Part shown: positions 12,278 through 23,217 of the stretch, in pieces | Numbering within the stretch: position 1 is the stretch's first letter | Layout of the letters: every line of letters begins with the position of its first letter | Assembly: GCA_963796285.1 (NCBI GenBank) | Contig: CAWCKW010000013.1 | Span: 416,001-480,000 of the forward strand | Length of the DNA stretch: 64,000 bases | Source of the DNA: Nitrospirota bacterium | GTDB lineage: Bacteria; Nitrospirota; UBA9217 | Direction: 5' to 3' | Notes under the pieces: generated by a model | Database searches by the model: none | Told to the model about the DNA's origin: nothing | What the model saw: the letters and a program-made list of their open reading frames with translations, nothing else | Made by a program: the position numbers and the translations under genes

Positions 12278-13262
12278 CTAGGATGCGCCCTCAAAGAAAA
12301 TTCCAGCCCTCTCCCGCGCTTCATCCACGCTCGCACTGGACTGGACCCTGGTTGCCAGGAGGTGTCCGAACTGATAGTTTTTAGCGAAATAATGGGTGAA
12401 TTCCTTGAGCCTGCCCAGACGTCGTTCAGGCCGGAAATGCTCGGTGATAAGTTCGAGAAAGGTGCCGTACACCTTTTGCAAGGACACGGCCGGCTCCGCG
12501 ACAGTGCAGCCGTACACGTCCCGTGCAATTTCAGCGAACAGCCAGGGTCGCGTCACTGCCCCTCGGCCGAGCATCAGACCGTCAGCCCTGGAGACGCGCA
12601 GACAATCTTCCGCGTCCTGCACAGAGAAGATCCCTCCATTGGCGACAACGGGGATCGTGAGCCAGTCCTTTACCCTGGCGACCCACTCCCATCGCGGCCT
12701 TCTGTCAAAGGACTCTTTCTTGAGCCGGGCATGGACCGAGAGCATATCGATGCCTTCGTCTTCGAGCATGGTGCAGAAGTCCCTTAATTTCCGCTCGTCC
12801 AGTTCAAGGCCGAGCCGGATCTTTGCGGAAAGGGGCAGCATAGTGCGCTTCCGCGCCTCTGCCACGAGTGCGCGGACATCCTCCGGCCGTTCCATCAGCG
12901 AGATGCCCGCGCCGGACCTGCCGACAGCCGGAGCGGGGCAGCCCAGGTTCAGATCAATGGCATCGGCTTTGAGTGTGTGCAGCACCTCGATGGCCGGTGC
13001 CATCTCTCTGGCCGAGGGAGATCAGGAGCTGATAGGAAAGCGGTTTTTCCAAGGCAGTCCTGATCAGGTACGGGGAGATCCTGGGATTTTCAGAGGGCAG
13101 CCTTTTTGCCGCGAGCATTTCCGTTGATAAAAGACCGACCCCGCCAAAGCCGAGCACGATCTGCCGGAGGGCGCTGTGGGTAAGGCCCGCCATCGGCGCA
13201 AGAATGAGCGGCGGACTGATCTGTAGATCGCGGATCCGAATGTGTTGGCAAGGTGTGTGCAT
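12278..13262 (-). CDS. tRNA-dihydrouridine synthase family protein; one frameshift at ~13015
   Basis: LAPMAGLT, IDLNLGCP, SVHAR, VANGGI and LMLGRGA; removing one C restores ISSAREMAPAI. Confidence 0.85.
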
Positions 13263-13403
13263 TCTGTTTTCAGCGCGTATTCATGCTGCGGGGATGGCCA
13301 ACGGCCTGACAACCGTGGAGGGACTATAACACCTGTGAGGCCGGATGGCAAGTACGCAGATCTGATCAGGACAGCGTTGAGAGGAATAACTCGCCTGTGC
13401 TAT

Positions 13404-13582
13404 GAATTGACTTATTCGTAAAAAGTCCAGGTCTACCGCTGAGACACAGGAGGCGCCGAGAGCATTCTTTAATATAAATCAATTTGTATTTCTCCGTGTC
13501 TCCGTTCTATGGCCGCAAGTTTTACGCGAGAGCAGGCTACGCCTCTGCGGTAAATTAATGACTTAATTATGAGAAATCATCA
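13404..13582. repeat. Composite non-autonomous hairpin element containing a micro-insert
   Basis: Outer arms tcgtaaaaagtc / gacttaattatgag; inner arms taccgctgag.. / ..ctctgcggta; insert at 13505-13539. Confidence 0.65.
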
Positions 13583-13640
13583 CTATTTTGACCCGTACCG
13601 TAGGAGCTATTGTTCTTTAGTGGAACAAAGGAGAGCCGCC

Positions 13641-14954
13641 ATGATGAGTACCTCATTGCACCCGGACCTGCCGTTGATCCAGGATGCCGATCTGGAGGGG
13701 AAGGTCGTCCTGGTCCGGTTCGACCATAACGTCGTGAAGGACGGAGCGATCCGGGACCCCTTCCGCATCGACCGCACCATCGGCACGCTCTTCCATATCG
13801 TCGAGCGGGGGGGCAGGCCCATCATGATGACCCATGTGGGCAGGCCCCGGGACAAGAAGTCCGATACCATTACCTGCAGGCCCGAAGAGTCCGTCGAGCC
13901 GATCGTGCGCTATCTCGAGCAGAAGCTTCATTCAAAACTGTATCTCCCCCGCTTCCCGGTTGATCCGAAGCAGGGGATAACCGGGATCGATACGTCCATC
14001 AACCTTGCGGTCAGGGACCTGCGGGAGCGGAAGATCGGAGGGATCTACCTTCCGAACACCCGGTGGTTCCAGGGAGAGGAGGCCGAGGGAGAGCTCCGGG
14101 AGCGCTTCGCGCTCCAGCTTGCCGGCCTGGCCGACATCTACGTGAACGACGCCTTCGGCTCGTGGCAGCCCCATGCCTCGACGGAGAACATCACCCGGCT
14201 CGTCCCCTCGTACGCGGGCTTCCTGCTCCAGCAGGAGATCATGCACCTCGAAGGCGTCATGAACCCGGACCGGCCCTTCCTCGCCGTGGTCGCAGGCGCA
14301 AAGTACGACACCAAGATAAAGCCCTTGAACGCCATCTACGACAAGGTGGACCGGCTGGTGCTCGGCGGGGTCATCTACAATACCTACCTCTGCGCAAAAT
14401 ACCAGGTCAGCATCAGCGGGGTGAGTAACGAGGACCGCGCGCTTGCGCAGGAACTGGTCCACAAGGACCGCGAGCGGAAGAAGATCGTCGAACTGCCCTT
14501 TATCGTGGAATCGGATGTCAGGGAGGGAAGGATCGAAGGCAGGTACCGGACCATCTCCGTCAAGGACTTCAAGCCCGGCAATTCCTACGGATACGTCATG
14601 GACATCGACCCGCGGTCCTTCGAGGAAAAGACCGTCGCCGAGGCCATTCAGACCGCAAAGACCATCTTCGTCAATGCCGTCATGGGATACACTCCCCACT
14701 TTTCCGCCGGGTCCCAGGCCCTCGACAACACCATCGACCTGAACCGGGACGCCATGAAGATGTACGGCGGCGGAGATACCCTCCAGGAGTTCAAGAACCT
14801 TCTGCCGGGCCTGTATCTGTCCGTCATGGACGACGCGAGCTACTACTTCTTCACCGGCGGCGGCACCGTGCTCACGGCGATCGAGCACGGAAGCCCCTAC
14901 AGCCTCAAGCCGGTGCAGGCGTTGATGGAGGCGAAAAGGAGACAAGGGGAATGA
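13641..14954 (+). CDS. pgk: Phosphoglycerate kinase-family protein (divergent)
   Basis: GKVVLVRFDHNV, THVGRP, DIYVNDAFG, AGAKYDTK, GGGDT and FTGGG; SD AGGAG before 13641. Confidence 0.8.
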   Translation: MMSTSLHPDLPLIQDADLEGKVVLVRFDHNVVKDGAIRDPFRIDRTIGTLFHIVERGGRPIMMTHVGRPRDKKSDTITCRPEESVEPIVRYLEQKLHSKLYLPRFPVDPKQGITGIDTSINLAVRDLRERKIGGIYLPNTRWFQGEEAEGELRERFALQLAGLADIYVNDAFGSWQPHASTENITRLVPSYAGFLLQQEIMHLEGVMNPDRPFLAVVAGAKYDTKIKPLNAIYDKVDRLVLGGVIYNTYLCAKYQVSISGVSNEDRALAQELVHKDRERKKIVELPFIVESDVREGRIEGRYRTISVKDFKPGNSYGYVMDIDPRSFEEKTVAEAIQTAKTIFVNAVMGYTPHFSAGSQALDNTIDLNRDAMKMYGGGDTLQEFKNLLPGLYLSVMDDASYYFFTGGGTVLTAIEHGSPYSLKPVQALMEAKRRQGE

Positions 14955-14965
14955 AACGACAAGAG

Positions 14966-15289
14966 ATCGCGTACGCTGCTCTTGCGATAACACGGGCACA
15001 GGCAGAGGCGCAAAGCTCGCAAAGAAAGGCTAAATTATTTCTAAAAGATACGACCGTACCAAATGCCAAACCTTTTCGCGCAAAGCCGTAGCCTGCTGTT
15101 GCCAAAACGCGGCCATAAACAAAGTCGCAAAGAACGTCAACTACATGGGAAACTTGATACGTTCGTAAGAAAACAATCAAGCCTGATTCAGAATGTACAC
15201 GAGACCTGCTTTCCTTTGCGACTTTGCGTCTTTGCGAGAGAACAATTTTCGGTTTTGATTTTTTTAGTTCCGGTTTGTCCGGGTTAGGG
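14966..15289. repeat. Composite cgcaaag-repeat hairpin element with two 31-nt micro-inserts
   Basis: Core closely similar to 61187-61389; inserts at 14972-15002 and 15089-15119. Confidence 0.8.
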
Positions 15290-15303
15290 TTTGAGGTGAG
15301 ACA

Positions 15304-16350
15304 ATGCGATATCGAAATCTTGGAAGAACGGGCCTGTATGTATCCGAGCTGTGTTTGGGCACCATGACCTTCGGAGGAAAAGGAGTCTGGGAAGCCATTG
15401 GACGGCTGACGGCTGACGACGCGGAGGCGCTCATCGGCACGGCCCTTGATGCCGGTGTGAACTTCATCGATACGGCTGATGTCTACTCGGAGGGTGTTTC
15501 GGAAACGTTCGTGGGCGCGGCGCTCGCCAGGCTCGGCAGGCCGCGCGAGCAAACGATCATCGCCACGAAGGTCCGCGGCCGCACAGGCCCCGGTCCGAAC
15601 CAAGCGGGCCTTTCGCGCAGCCACATCCTCGCCTCGATCGACGCGAGTCTGCGCCGCCTGAACCTGGACTTCATCGACCTTTACCAGATCCACGGCGCTG
15701 ACCTCCAGACACCGATCGAAGAGACTATGCAGGCTCTCGACGACGTGGTGCGGGCCGGCAAGGTCCGCTACGTAGGGTTCTGCAATCTTCCCGCGTGGAT
15801 GGCGATGAAGGCGCTTGCCTGCTCCGATGCCCATGGCTGGGCGCGCTTTGTCAGCGCGCAGATGCACTACTCGATCGCAAGCCGCGACATCGAGCGCGAG
15901 GTCGTGCCGCTTGCCCGGGACCAGGGTCTCGCGGTGCTCCCCTGGAGCCCCCTTGCAGGCGGCCTGCTTTCAGGCAAATTCGACATGGAGAATCCCGGGC
16001 CGGCGGGCGCGCGTCGTACGTCCTATGACTTCCCGCCGGTCGATCGCGAGCGCACGAAGACCGTGCTCAAGACGATGCGGGCTGTTTCAGCGGATACCGG
16101 CCTGTCTGTTGCCCGGGTCGCCCTTGCGTGGCTCTTGACGCGGCCCTTTGTCACCAGCGTCATCATTGGAGCAAAAACGCGGGACCAGCTCGCAGACAAC
16201 CTCGCCGCAAGCGATGTGCGACTTGCCCCCGGCCAGATTGCACAGCTCGATGCCGTAAGCGAGTTGCCGTCCGAGTATCCGGGCTGGATGGTCGCGAGAC
16301 AGAACAAAGACGGCCGGCCTCCGGCTGAGGGAAAGAGCGTGGCCGCGTAA
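15304..16350 (+). CDS. Aldo/keto reductase
   Basis: LGRTGLYVSELCLGTMTFG, DTADVYSEG, IATK, IDLYQIH and WSPLAGGLL. Confidence 0.95.
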   Translation: MRYRNLGRTGLYVSELCLGTMTFGGKGVWEAIGRLTADDAEALIGTALDAGVNFIDTADVYSEGVSETFVGAALARLGRPREQTIIATKVRGRTGPGPNQAGLSRSHILASIDASLRRLNLDFIDLYQIHGADLQTPIEETMQALDDVVRAGKVRYVGFCNLPAWMAMKALACSDAHGWARFVSAQMHYSIASRDIEREVVPLARDQGLAVLPWSPLAGGLLSGKFDMENPGPAGARRTSYDFPPVDRERTKTVLKTMRAVSADTGLSVARVALAWLLTRPFVTSVIIGAKTRDQLADNLAASDVRLAPGQIAQLDAVSELPSEYPGWMVARQNKDGRPPAEGKSVAA

Positions 16351-16404
16351 AGAGCGCAGGGCCTTCACGTTTTCTTTTTGTTGTCCGGCCCGCTTCACTC
16401 ACAC

Positions 16405-17061
16405 CTACTGCTTCTTGAAAACTACATCGGCAAAATAGCTCTCGGCAGAGGTACCGGTATGCTGTGAATTTATCTGGAGCCTGATCCCGTTCACTGCCGG
16501 CGGTTCGGAACCATAGAGCTTTTTGTAATCATCATACACGTTCCGGGTCTCTTCGATCCATTTCCCCAGTTCAGCCGGACCCGAACGCAGCACCACGATC
16601 TTGACCGTCATGAAGGGGACCGGGGACGTGTCTTCCATGAGCCCTGCGGGCGCCGTCGTGTCCCAGATGTAGACGATCGCCTTTGTCTTAGAGAACGCCA
16701 CGAAGAGCTGGGCCGCCTGGTCATCGGTCTTCGACTTCCTGAAGTCGCCGCCCGCCGGAAGTTTGGTCACCTTCCATTTCCAGGTGAGCCAAGGATATTG
16801 CTTGAGGTCCACCTTCACTTCCTTCTGGAGCGAGAAAGACGTGTTGGCGCTCCGGAACCTGCCCGCGGCGACATCTCCGTCCTTGACCACGGCAAAGTCC
16901 GCCTTGCCGGATTTTTCCTTGAGCTCCCAACCCGCAGGGGCCCCTGCCGCGCCGATGTGGGAAGGAAAGTCCGTGATCGCCATCCGGTCCTCAGCCTGGA
17001 CCAGTGGAGCAACAATGAGCACGAAAAACAGAATACTATTGAACACCATTGGGACAGACAT
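16405..17061 (-). CDS. Exported protein, DUF3047-like
   Basis: Signal peptide; YPWLTWKWKV, DDQAA, YIWD, WIEETRNVYDDY and NSQHTG. Confidence 0.75.
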   Translation of the reverse strand: MSVPMVFNSILFFVLIVAPLVQAEDRMAITDFPSHIGAAGAPAGWELKEKSGKADFAVVKDGDVAAGRFRSANTSFSLQKEVKVDLKQYPWLTWKWKVTKLPAGGDFRKSKTDDQAAQLFVAFSKTKAIVYIWDTTAPAGLMEDTSPVPFMTVKIVVLRSGPAELGKWIEETRNVYDDYKKLYGSEPPAVNGIRLQINSQHTGTSAESYFADVVFKKQ

Positions 17062-17199
17062 CGCACACCTCCTTGGATAAAATACCGCCAGCATCCTCCT
17101 TGCCGTGTACTCAACGATTATGCACTTCAACGCCTCGGGTAACGTCGGGGACCCCGCCCTACGATGTTCCCTCTCTGGTAATTGCACAGATCGTCAGGC

Positions 17200-18267
17200 T
17201 CAGATCTTGGCACGCAGATACTGCGACGGCCACGGTACGTCGACGCCCAGGACCCGCGCCGCCTCGAGCGGCCAATACGGTTTGCGCAGCATCTCGCGCG
17301 CGAGCAGCACCGCGTCGGCAAGACCCGTGGCAATGATCTGCTCGGCCTGGATGGGATCGGTGATGAAGCCGACCGTGCCGGTGGCGATATTTACTTGCTG
17401 CCGGATCGCGGTGGCAAACGGGGTCTGGAAACCGGGGCCCGTCGGGATGACGGCATGCGGCACGGTCCCGCCGCCGGAGCAGTCAATGAGATCGATGCCC
17501 GTATCCTTCAAGCGCCGGCAGAGTTCAATGGACTGCGCCAGGTCCCATCCGCCGTCCACCCAGTCGGTGGCGGAGATGCGCGCGAAGACCGGCAGCTCTT
17601 CGGGCCAGACCTCCCTCACCGCGCGGGCAATGCTCAGGGGAAAGCGCATGCGGTTCTCCAGGCTCCCGCCGTATTCGTCCGTTCTGTGGTTCGTGAGCGG
17701 TGACAGGAACTCGTGCAGCAAATAGCCGTGCGCCATATGGATCTCCAGGACCTGAAAACCGGCGGCTTGAGCACGCCGGGCCCCGTCGACGAACTGCCGG
17801 CGAATGGTCTCCAGGTCTTCCGCCGTAATTTCTCGGGGAACGGGATGGCCCGGAGCAAAGGGGATCGGGCTCGGCGCGATTGGCTGCCAGCCGCGATGCT
17901 CCGGTCCCAGCGGCCCTCCTCCCAGCCACGGGAGATCCGTGGAAGCCTTGCGTCCCGCATGGGCGAGTTGGATCCCGGCAACAGCGCCTTGTTCGCGGAT
18001 GAACCTTGCAATAGGAGCAAACGCCGCGGCATGGGCATCGCTCCAGATACCGCTGTCGTCGGGGCTGATCCTGCCTTGCGGGCTCACCGCAGTCGCCTCA
18101 ACATTGACCAGCCCGGCGCCTCCCACTGCGCGGCTTCCCAGATGGACAAGATGCCAGTCGGTAGGCAGGCCGTCGCGGCTCGAATACTGGCACATGGGAG
18201 AAACGAAGATCCTGTTCCGAAAGGTCAGGTCCCGTAATTTCAGGGGAGAGAACAGGCGATTTATCAC
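17200..18267 (-). CDS. NADH:flavin oxidoreductase (old yellow enzyme, YqjM/XenA type)
   Basis: [41 protein letters not shown] and QYLRA. Confidence 0.95.
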   Translation of the reverse strand: MINRLFSPLKLRDLTFRNRIFVSPMCQYSSRDGLPTDWHLVHLGSRAVGGAGLVNVEATAVSPQGRISPDDSGIWSDAHAAAFAPIARFIREQGAVAGIQLAHAGRKASTDLPWLGGGPLGPEHRGWQPIAPSPIPFAPGHPVPREITAEDLETIRRQFVDGARRAQAAGFQVLEIHMAHGYLLHEFLSPLTNHRTDEYGGSLENRMRFPLSIARAVREVWPEELPVFARISATDWVDGGWDLAQSIELCRRLKDTGIDLIDCSGGGTVPHAVIPTGPGFQTPFATAIRQQVNIATGTVGFITDPIQAEQIIATGLADAVLLAREMLRKPYWPLEAARVLGVDVPWPSQYLRAKI

Positions 18268-18385
18268 AACCTTCTCCTTGGCTGGATCGAACAGCCTCTT
18301 TTAGTATTTGAATTCGGATCAAGAGCAGCGACGAACAGTATCAGGCGATAGTTCTTTCTTTGTGAGAAAAGTATATCAGATACAT

Positions 18386-18415
18386 AAAAAAGGGGCTGCA
18401 TAAAGCACCCCTTTT
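18386..18415. terminator. Bidirectional intrinsic terminator
   Basis: aaaaaagggg-ctgcataaagca-cccctttt. Confidence 0.65.
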
Positions 18416-18485
18416 GGTCCCTTCCCGACACGACCCCGTTGGGAACGACCGTGCCTTGTTTCAGTTTTCCGCCGGCCTGTCCGGA

Positions 18486-18674
18486 TCAGGCGGCCATTTT
18501 CAGTTTTTCAAGAACGTTCTCCAGCGCGGCCTCGTCCTCTTTTTTCAGATCATCCCGGTCCGTCTTCCGCATTCGTATTTTTGATACGATTATTCCCCTC
18601 ACTTCCGGGATGATGCTTTTCTCCAGTTCGGTCACGAGCAGATCGCGTTCCTTCTTGTTCAGGTCGATGATCAT
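18486..18674 (-). CDS. Small hypothetical protein
   Basis: 62-aa helical ORF with SD GAGG, followed by a terminator. Confidence 0.6.
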   Translation of the reverse strand: MIIDLNKKERDLLVTELEKSIIPEVRGIIVSKIRMRKTDRDDLKKEDEAALENVLEKLKMAA

Positions 18675-18784
18675 ATCCGTTTACCTCTTATCCCTTGACG
18701 TTCTTCCCTGCCATCTATTTCAAAACAGGCAGCTTTGGGTCTTACGTCTTGCTGTTATCTATAGTCCGGCATAAGGTCATTGCA

Positions 18785-19685
18785 TCATCTCACGATCAGG
18801 ACGGAACACACTGCATGGTTCAGAATATTTCTTGATACGCTGCCCAGCGTTCCCGTCAATCCCCGGGATCCCCGACAGCCAACAGCGATAAGGTCTGCCT
18901 CCATGGCCTCCCCTGCTTTCAATATTTCCGTTGACGGGTCGCCGACCCGGGAGAGCACCTGTATCTGTTTGAACTTTCTGCCGAGATACGCCCGCGCCTT
19001 TTCGAAGATCTTCTCAGCTTCCGTAAATTCCCGGGTCCTGATACTGCTCACGGCGGCCTTGACCCGCTCATCAATTTCCAGAACGAACTGTTCAGGCACG
19101 TCGAGGAAGTTCGACGGGATCACATGCACGATCGTGATCTCGGTAGTCATCGGGAAAAGGAAGGGAAGTCAGGAACTCGGCGGTTGCGCGGGAATGGTCG
19201 GATCCGTCAGCGGCGAAAAGGACCCGCATCCTCTCCGCTGGCACGGGTGGCTGCTGTTTTACGATGAGGACCGGTTTCGGGGCATTGTTCGCGACCGCTC
19301 TCGATACGCTTCCGATAAAGACCGATGCAAGCCCTTTTGTTCCGCTCGCCCCCATCACAATGAGGTCCATGCCCGACGCTTCGGCCGCCTTGATGATGCA
19401 CTGCTCCGGCGTACACGGGTGCAGGGTACCTTCTTCGATCTCCACGCTGATGGCTGCCCGGACAGGCTTGAGGATCGCAACCGCTGAATCGAGGATCTTG
19501 GGTGCGCATTCCTTTTTTATCGACTGCAGGGTCGTCCAGTAGAATTTTTCGTCGTAATGAAAGGGGACCGCGTAAACAGAATGGAAGACCGTGATCGCAT
19601 CATCAGGTGACCATGCCATTCGGGTCAGGAACGATGCCGCACCCTCCGAGGAGAGAGAACCGTCTGTTGCCAGTAAAACTTTCAT
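18785..19685 (-). CDS. Tandem-domain universal stress protein; frameshift at ~19146
   Basis: MKVLLATDGS, DLIVMGASG..GSVS, then FAADGS / DLIAVGCRG..GSVS. Confidence 0.85.
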
Positions 19686-19958
19686 GGGTGCTCACCTTTT
19701 TTGGAACACCGAAGCGGAGTGCATATCCAGAAGTGTTGTCTCATAGCGCGGTTCAACCTCTCCCGTTAGCCGTCCGTTGACCCGGACAGTTAAATTATAG
19801 CATATCCGATGAACAGTATTTTTTGGGTAGAAGATACCCGTAAGCCTAAAGGCTCTCCCTGGACTCTCACAAAATCCATATGTCCCGCAGTTCGCCACCT
19901 GCAATGTCAGGAGAAAAACGTCTATAATTAGGAAATGAGCCGCCCATCAGGTCCTGAC

Positions 19959-20201
19959 ATGGTGCGCATCGACGGTTCCTTCGGCAAAGGCGGAGGCCAG
20001 CTCTTGCGTACGTCTCTCGCCCTGTCCTGCGTGCTCGGAAAACCAATGAAGATCACGAACATCCGCAGAGCCAGGAAGAACGCCGGACTCCAGACGCAGC
20101 ATCTCACAGCGGTCATGGCTGCCGCGTCCATTGCCGGCGCCGAGGTCCAGGGCGCGGAAGGCCGGGTCGTGATACGCCCCCTGTTCGTTCAGACCACGTG
20201 A
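19959..20201 (+). pseudogene. rtcA: RNA 3'-terminal phosphate cyclase remnant (large internal deletion)
   Basis: [33 protein letters not shown] joined directly to a C-terminus-like GRVVIRP. Confidence 0.8.
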
Positions 20202-20219
20202 CCAGAAGGGAGGGAGGCC

Positions 20220-20561
20220 ATGAAGATCGATTCCTATTCCTTCGGAAGGATCGTCATCAACAAGAAGACCTATACCTCGGACGTTATCATTTATCCCGGC
20301 AGGGTCGACGCGTCGTGGTGGCGAAAGGAGGGGCATCTGCTCCAGTTTGCTGATGTGGCGGAAGCGCTGCAGGCAAAGCCGGACGTGCTCGTCATCGGCA
20401 CGGGCTATGCCGGGGTCATGCGCGTTCCAAAGGAAACCGTTGACCGGATCGCTGCGCTGGGGATCGAGGTGAAGGTGGAACGGACATCATCAGCGGTGGC
20501 ACTGTTCAACGATCTGCAGGGCGCAAAGACCGTAATCGCGGCGCTTCACATTACGTGCTGA
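20220..20561 (+). CDS. Mth938-like domain protein
   Basis: IDSYSFGRIVI, WWRKEGH, VIGTG and ALHITC. Confidence 0.9.
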   Translation: MKIDSYSFGRIVINKKTYTSDVIIYPGRVDASWWRKEGHLLQFADVAEALQAKPDVLVIGTGYAGVMRVPKETVDRIAALGIEVKVERTSSAVALFNDLQGAKTVIAALHITC

Positions 20562-20606
20562 GCACCGTAAAAGGTTAAGCCCTGACAATCATATGAAGGC
20601 ATCCCA

Positions 20607-20680
20607 GGGCTGTTGAAAAATCTTTCTACTCAGGCTGAAGCCAGCGGCCTGAACAACGGGCAATCATTTTTCAATAAGGC
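20607..20680. mobile_element. Possible MITE remnant
   Basis: Imperfect terminal inverted repeats gctgttgaaaaa / tttttcaataag. Confidence 0.35.
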
Positions 20681-20799
20681 AGCCGCACCCTTGAATTGGG
20701 ATCTGGTGCATCTCTTGACTCAATTATTGAATTCTGCTACGGTAGGCTGGTAGCCGATCCCGGTCTTGCCATGAGATGCCGTACGCGAGGTTGAAGAAT

Positions 20800-21318
20800 A
20801 TGAGTGTATTAATCGGGAAAGAGATCGAGAAAGCCTTGAAAAAGGGATTGATAAAGATCGAGCCGCTCGAACAATCACAGATCGGACCAGGCTCGATCGA
20901 TCTTTCTCTCGGGAACGAATTCAGGATCTTCACAAAACGATCAAAAATCTACCACATAAAAAAAGATTCTCATTTTTATGATATTACCACGGCAGTTCAC
21001 GTTAAAGACGGCGGATATCTCGTCATAAAGCCGGGCGAGATGATCCTGGGAATCACGAAGGAAAAAATCACCCTTGCCGATACCATCTCCGGCCGGCTGG
21101 AAGGGAGAAGCCGATTTGCCCGTTTCGGGCTGGCAGTTCACGTGACTGCCGGGTTCATGCATCCGGGCATCTCCAACCATCAGGTCCTGGAAATCGTTAA
21201 TTTAGGAAATGCGCCGCTGGCCTTATACCCCGGCATCAGGATCTGCCAGTTCATATTTGAAAAATGCGAAGGACATGCCAGATATCAGGGGAGATTTGTC
21301 AAGCAGGTCAAACCATAA
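20800..21318 (+). CDS. dcd: dCTP deaminase
   Basis: GPGSIDLSLG, EGRSRFARFGL.VH.TAG, LEIVN and LYPGIRICQ. Confidence 0.92.
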   Translation: MSVLIGKEIEKALKKGLIKIEPLEQSQIGPGSIDLSLGNEFRIFTKRSKIYHIKKDSHFYDITTAVHVKDGGYLVIKPGEMILGITKEKITLADTISGRLEGRSRFARFGLAVHVTAGFMHPGISNHQVLEIVNLGNAPLALYPGIRICQFIFEKCEGHARYQGRFVKQVKP

Positions 21319-21467
21319 CGCCGCTCGTGGAAAGACATCGGGAAGAACTAACCCTGAGTTGTTTTACTCCGAACTCCGAACTTTGATTCCCTCATCCTCA
21401 GCTCCGCCAAAAACCTAATTTTTCACATAAACAACATTAGAGAACGGGAAGCAGGAAGAGCCCGTTC

Positions 21468-23024
21468 TTACCCGACTTTCCGGGGAGACCCCGCTGGCGT
21501 GCCGGAGCTTCCTGTACGGCCGGATTTCAGCGGATGCTCAGGAAGGAAGAGCACGAGCGCAAAGGCCAGGGCCGTGATAACGGCGCCGACGAGAAACGTG
21601 GTGCTGATCGCATGGCGGTAGGCCCCGAGCACGATCTCCCGCTGGGCAGCTGGCAGCGCGGCGATATCCTGGATCCCCTGTTCCATGAGAGAACGGCCGT
21701 TCTTTATCAGAGCGGTCCATTTTTCCATGTGCAAGCCCTGGAGCTGGGACGTCATAATGGCGCCGGACATGGCCACGCCGAAGGTGCCGCCGAGCTGTCT
21801 GAAGAACGCCGCTGTCGCCGTTGCCGCTCCCAGCTCACTGGTTCCCACCGCATTTTGCAGAGCGACGACGAGATTAGGCATGACGAGGCCGAAACCGCCG
21901 CCGAGGACAATGAGCGAGGCTTCGATCACGCCGATTCCCCCGTTTGACGCGGCCGCCCACATCACGACGATAAAGGAAAGCGAGGCGCAGCCCAGACCGA
22001 CGACAGGGAATATCTTGTACCTGCCGGTCCGCGAAACGATGCGGCCGCCGATAAATGACGACGCGATCAGGCCTCCGGTCATGGGCGCAAGCATGAGCCC
22101 GGCCTTCGCCGGTTCCATACCCATGACGAGCTGGAAGAAGAGGGGCAAGAATACGAAGGCGCCGAAAATCCCCATAAAGGCGAGCCCCATCACCGCGGAC
22201 GCGATCACCACGGTCTTGTTGTGGAAGATGTGCGGCGAGAGCACCGGCTCCGCAGAGCGCCGCTCCGTACGGATGAGGAGCACGGTGAGCACCACGGATG
22301 CCATGGCCAGCCCGATAATGAGCGGGGACGACCACGCGTATTGCACGCCGCCCCAGCTCAGGACAAGGAGCAGAGCCACAGTGGCCGAGCTCAGGAGCGC
22401 AACCGCGGCGTAATCGATGCGGTGCTGGACCTTGTGATGGGGCCTGCGGAACCCGAAAGCGATCATGGCCAGGGCCGGAATGCCCACGGGCACGTTCACG
22501 TAGAAGATCCACCGCCATGAAAACGCGCTCGTGATGAATCCTCCCAAAAGTGGTCCGGCCACGCTCGAGAACGCGAAGACCGCGCCGAAGAGCCCCTGAT
22601 AGCGGCCACGCTCGCGAGGGGCCACCAGGTCTGCGATCGTGGTCTGGGCAAGCACCATAAGGCCGCCCGCACCCATACCCTGGATGCCCCGGAAGACCAC
22701 GAGCTCGGTCATGGAGCGGGACAGGCCGCAGAGGCAGGAGCCGATAAGGAAGATGATGATCGCGATGATAAAGAGCGGCTTCCTGCCGTACATGTCGGAG
22801 AGTTTTCCGTAGAGGGGTGTCGTGGCCGTCGAGGTCACGAGAAAGGACGTGACGACCCACGAAAGATGATGAAGGTCGCCCAGCTCGCTCACGATCCGCG
22901 GCAATGCCACGCCCACGATGTTCTGGTCGAGCGCAGCCAGGGCAAGCGCCAGCATCAGTCCGGCGAACACGATCCGGACCTCACGGGTCGTCGGCGGAGT
23001 TGTTTCATGAAGTTCAGAAGACAT
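21468..23024 (-). CDS. DHA2/MDR-family MFS efflux transporter
   Basis: LAALDQNIV..ALP, YGKLSDMYGRK, RERGRYQG, WRWIFYVNVP; about 14 TM segments. Confidence 0.92.
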   Translation of the reverse strand: MSSELHETTPPTTREVRIVFAGLMLALALAALDQNIVGVALPRIVSELGDLHHLSWVVTSFLVTSTATTPLYGKLSDMYGRKPLFIIAIIIFLIGSCLCGLSRSMTELVVFRGIQGMGAGGLMVLAQTTIADLVAPRERGRYQGLFGAVFAFSSVAGPLLGGFITSAFSWRWIFYVNVPVGIPALAMIAFGFRRPHHKVQHRIDYAAVALLSSATVALLLVLSWGGVQYAWSSPLIIGLAMASVVLTVLLIRTERRSAEPVLSPHIFHNKTVVIASAVMGLAFMGIFGAFVFLPLFFQLVMGMEPAKAGLMLAPMTGGLIASSFIGGRIVSRTGRYKIFPVVGLGCASLSFIVVMWAAASNGGIGVIEASLIVLGGGFGLVMPNLVVALQNAVGTSELGAATATAAFFRQLGGTFGVAMSGAIMTSQLQGLHMEKWTALIKNGRSLMEQGIQDIAALPAAQREIVLGAYRHAISTTFLVGAVITALAFALVLFLPEHPLKSGRTGSSGTPAGSPRKVG

Positions 23025-23033
23025 GATCGTGGA

Positions 23034-23061
23034 ATTATAAGGGGTCACGTTCGTTTGTCAA
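23034..23061 (-). promoter_or_regulatory. Consensus sigma70 promoter of the MFS gene (near-leaderless)
   Basis: TTGACA-N16-TATAAT ending 9 nt before the ATG at 23024. Confidence 0.7.
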
Positions 23062-23217
23062 GGGGAGAGTTTTGAATTGTGGAACGGACCGGAAGTTCGA
23101 ACCGCGGAACGGACCGAGAGGGGAATACGGTGTGGACGAAGAACGCATTGATATCAGCTGAGCGTCTTAAGGATGTTTGATCTTTGAAAAAAAATCCGCC
23201 CTGCGGCCGGAGCTGTC

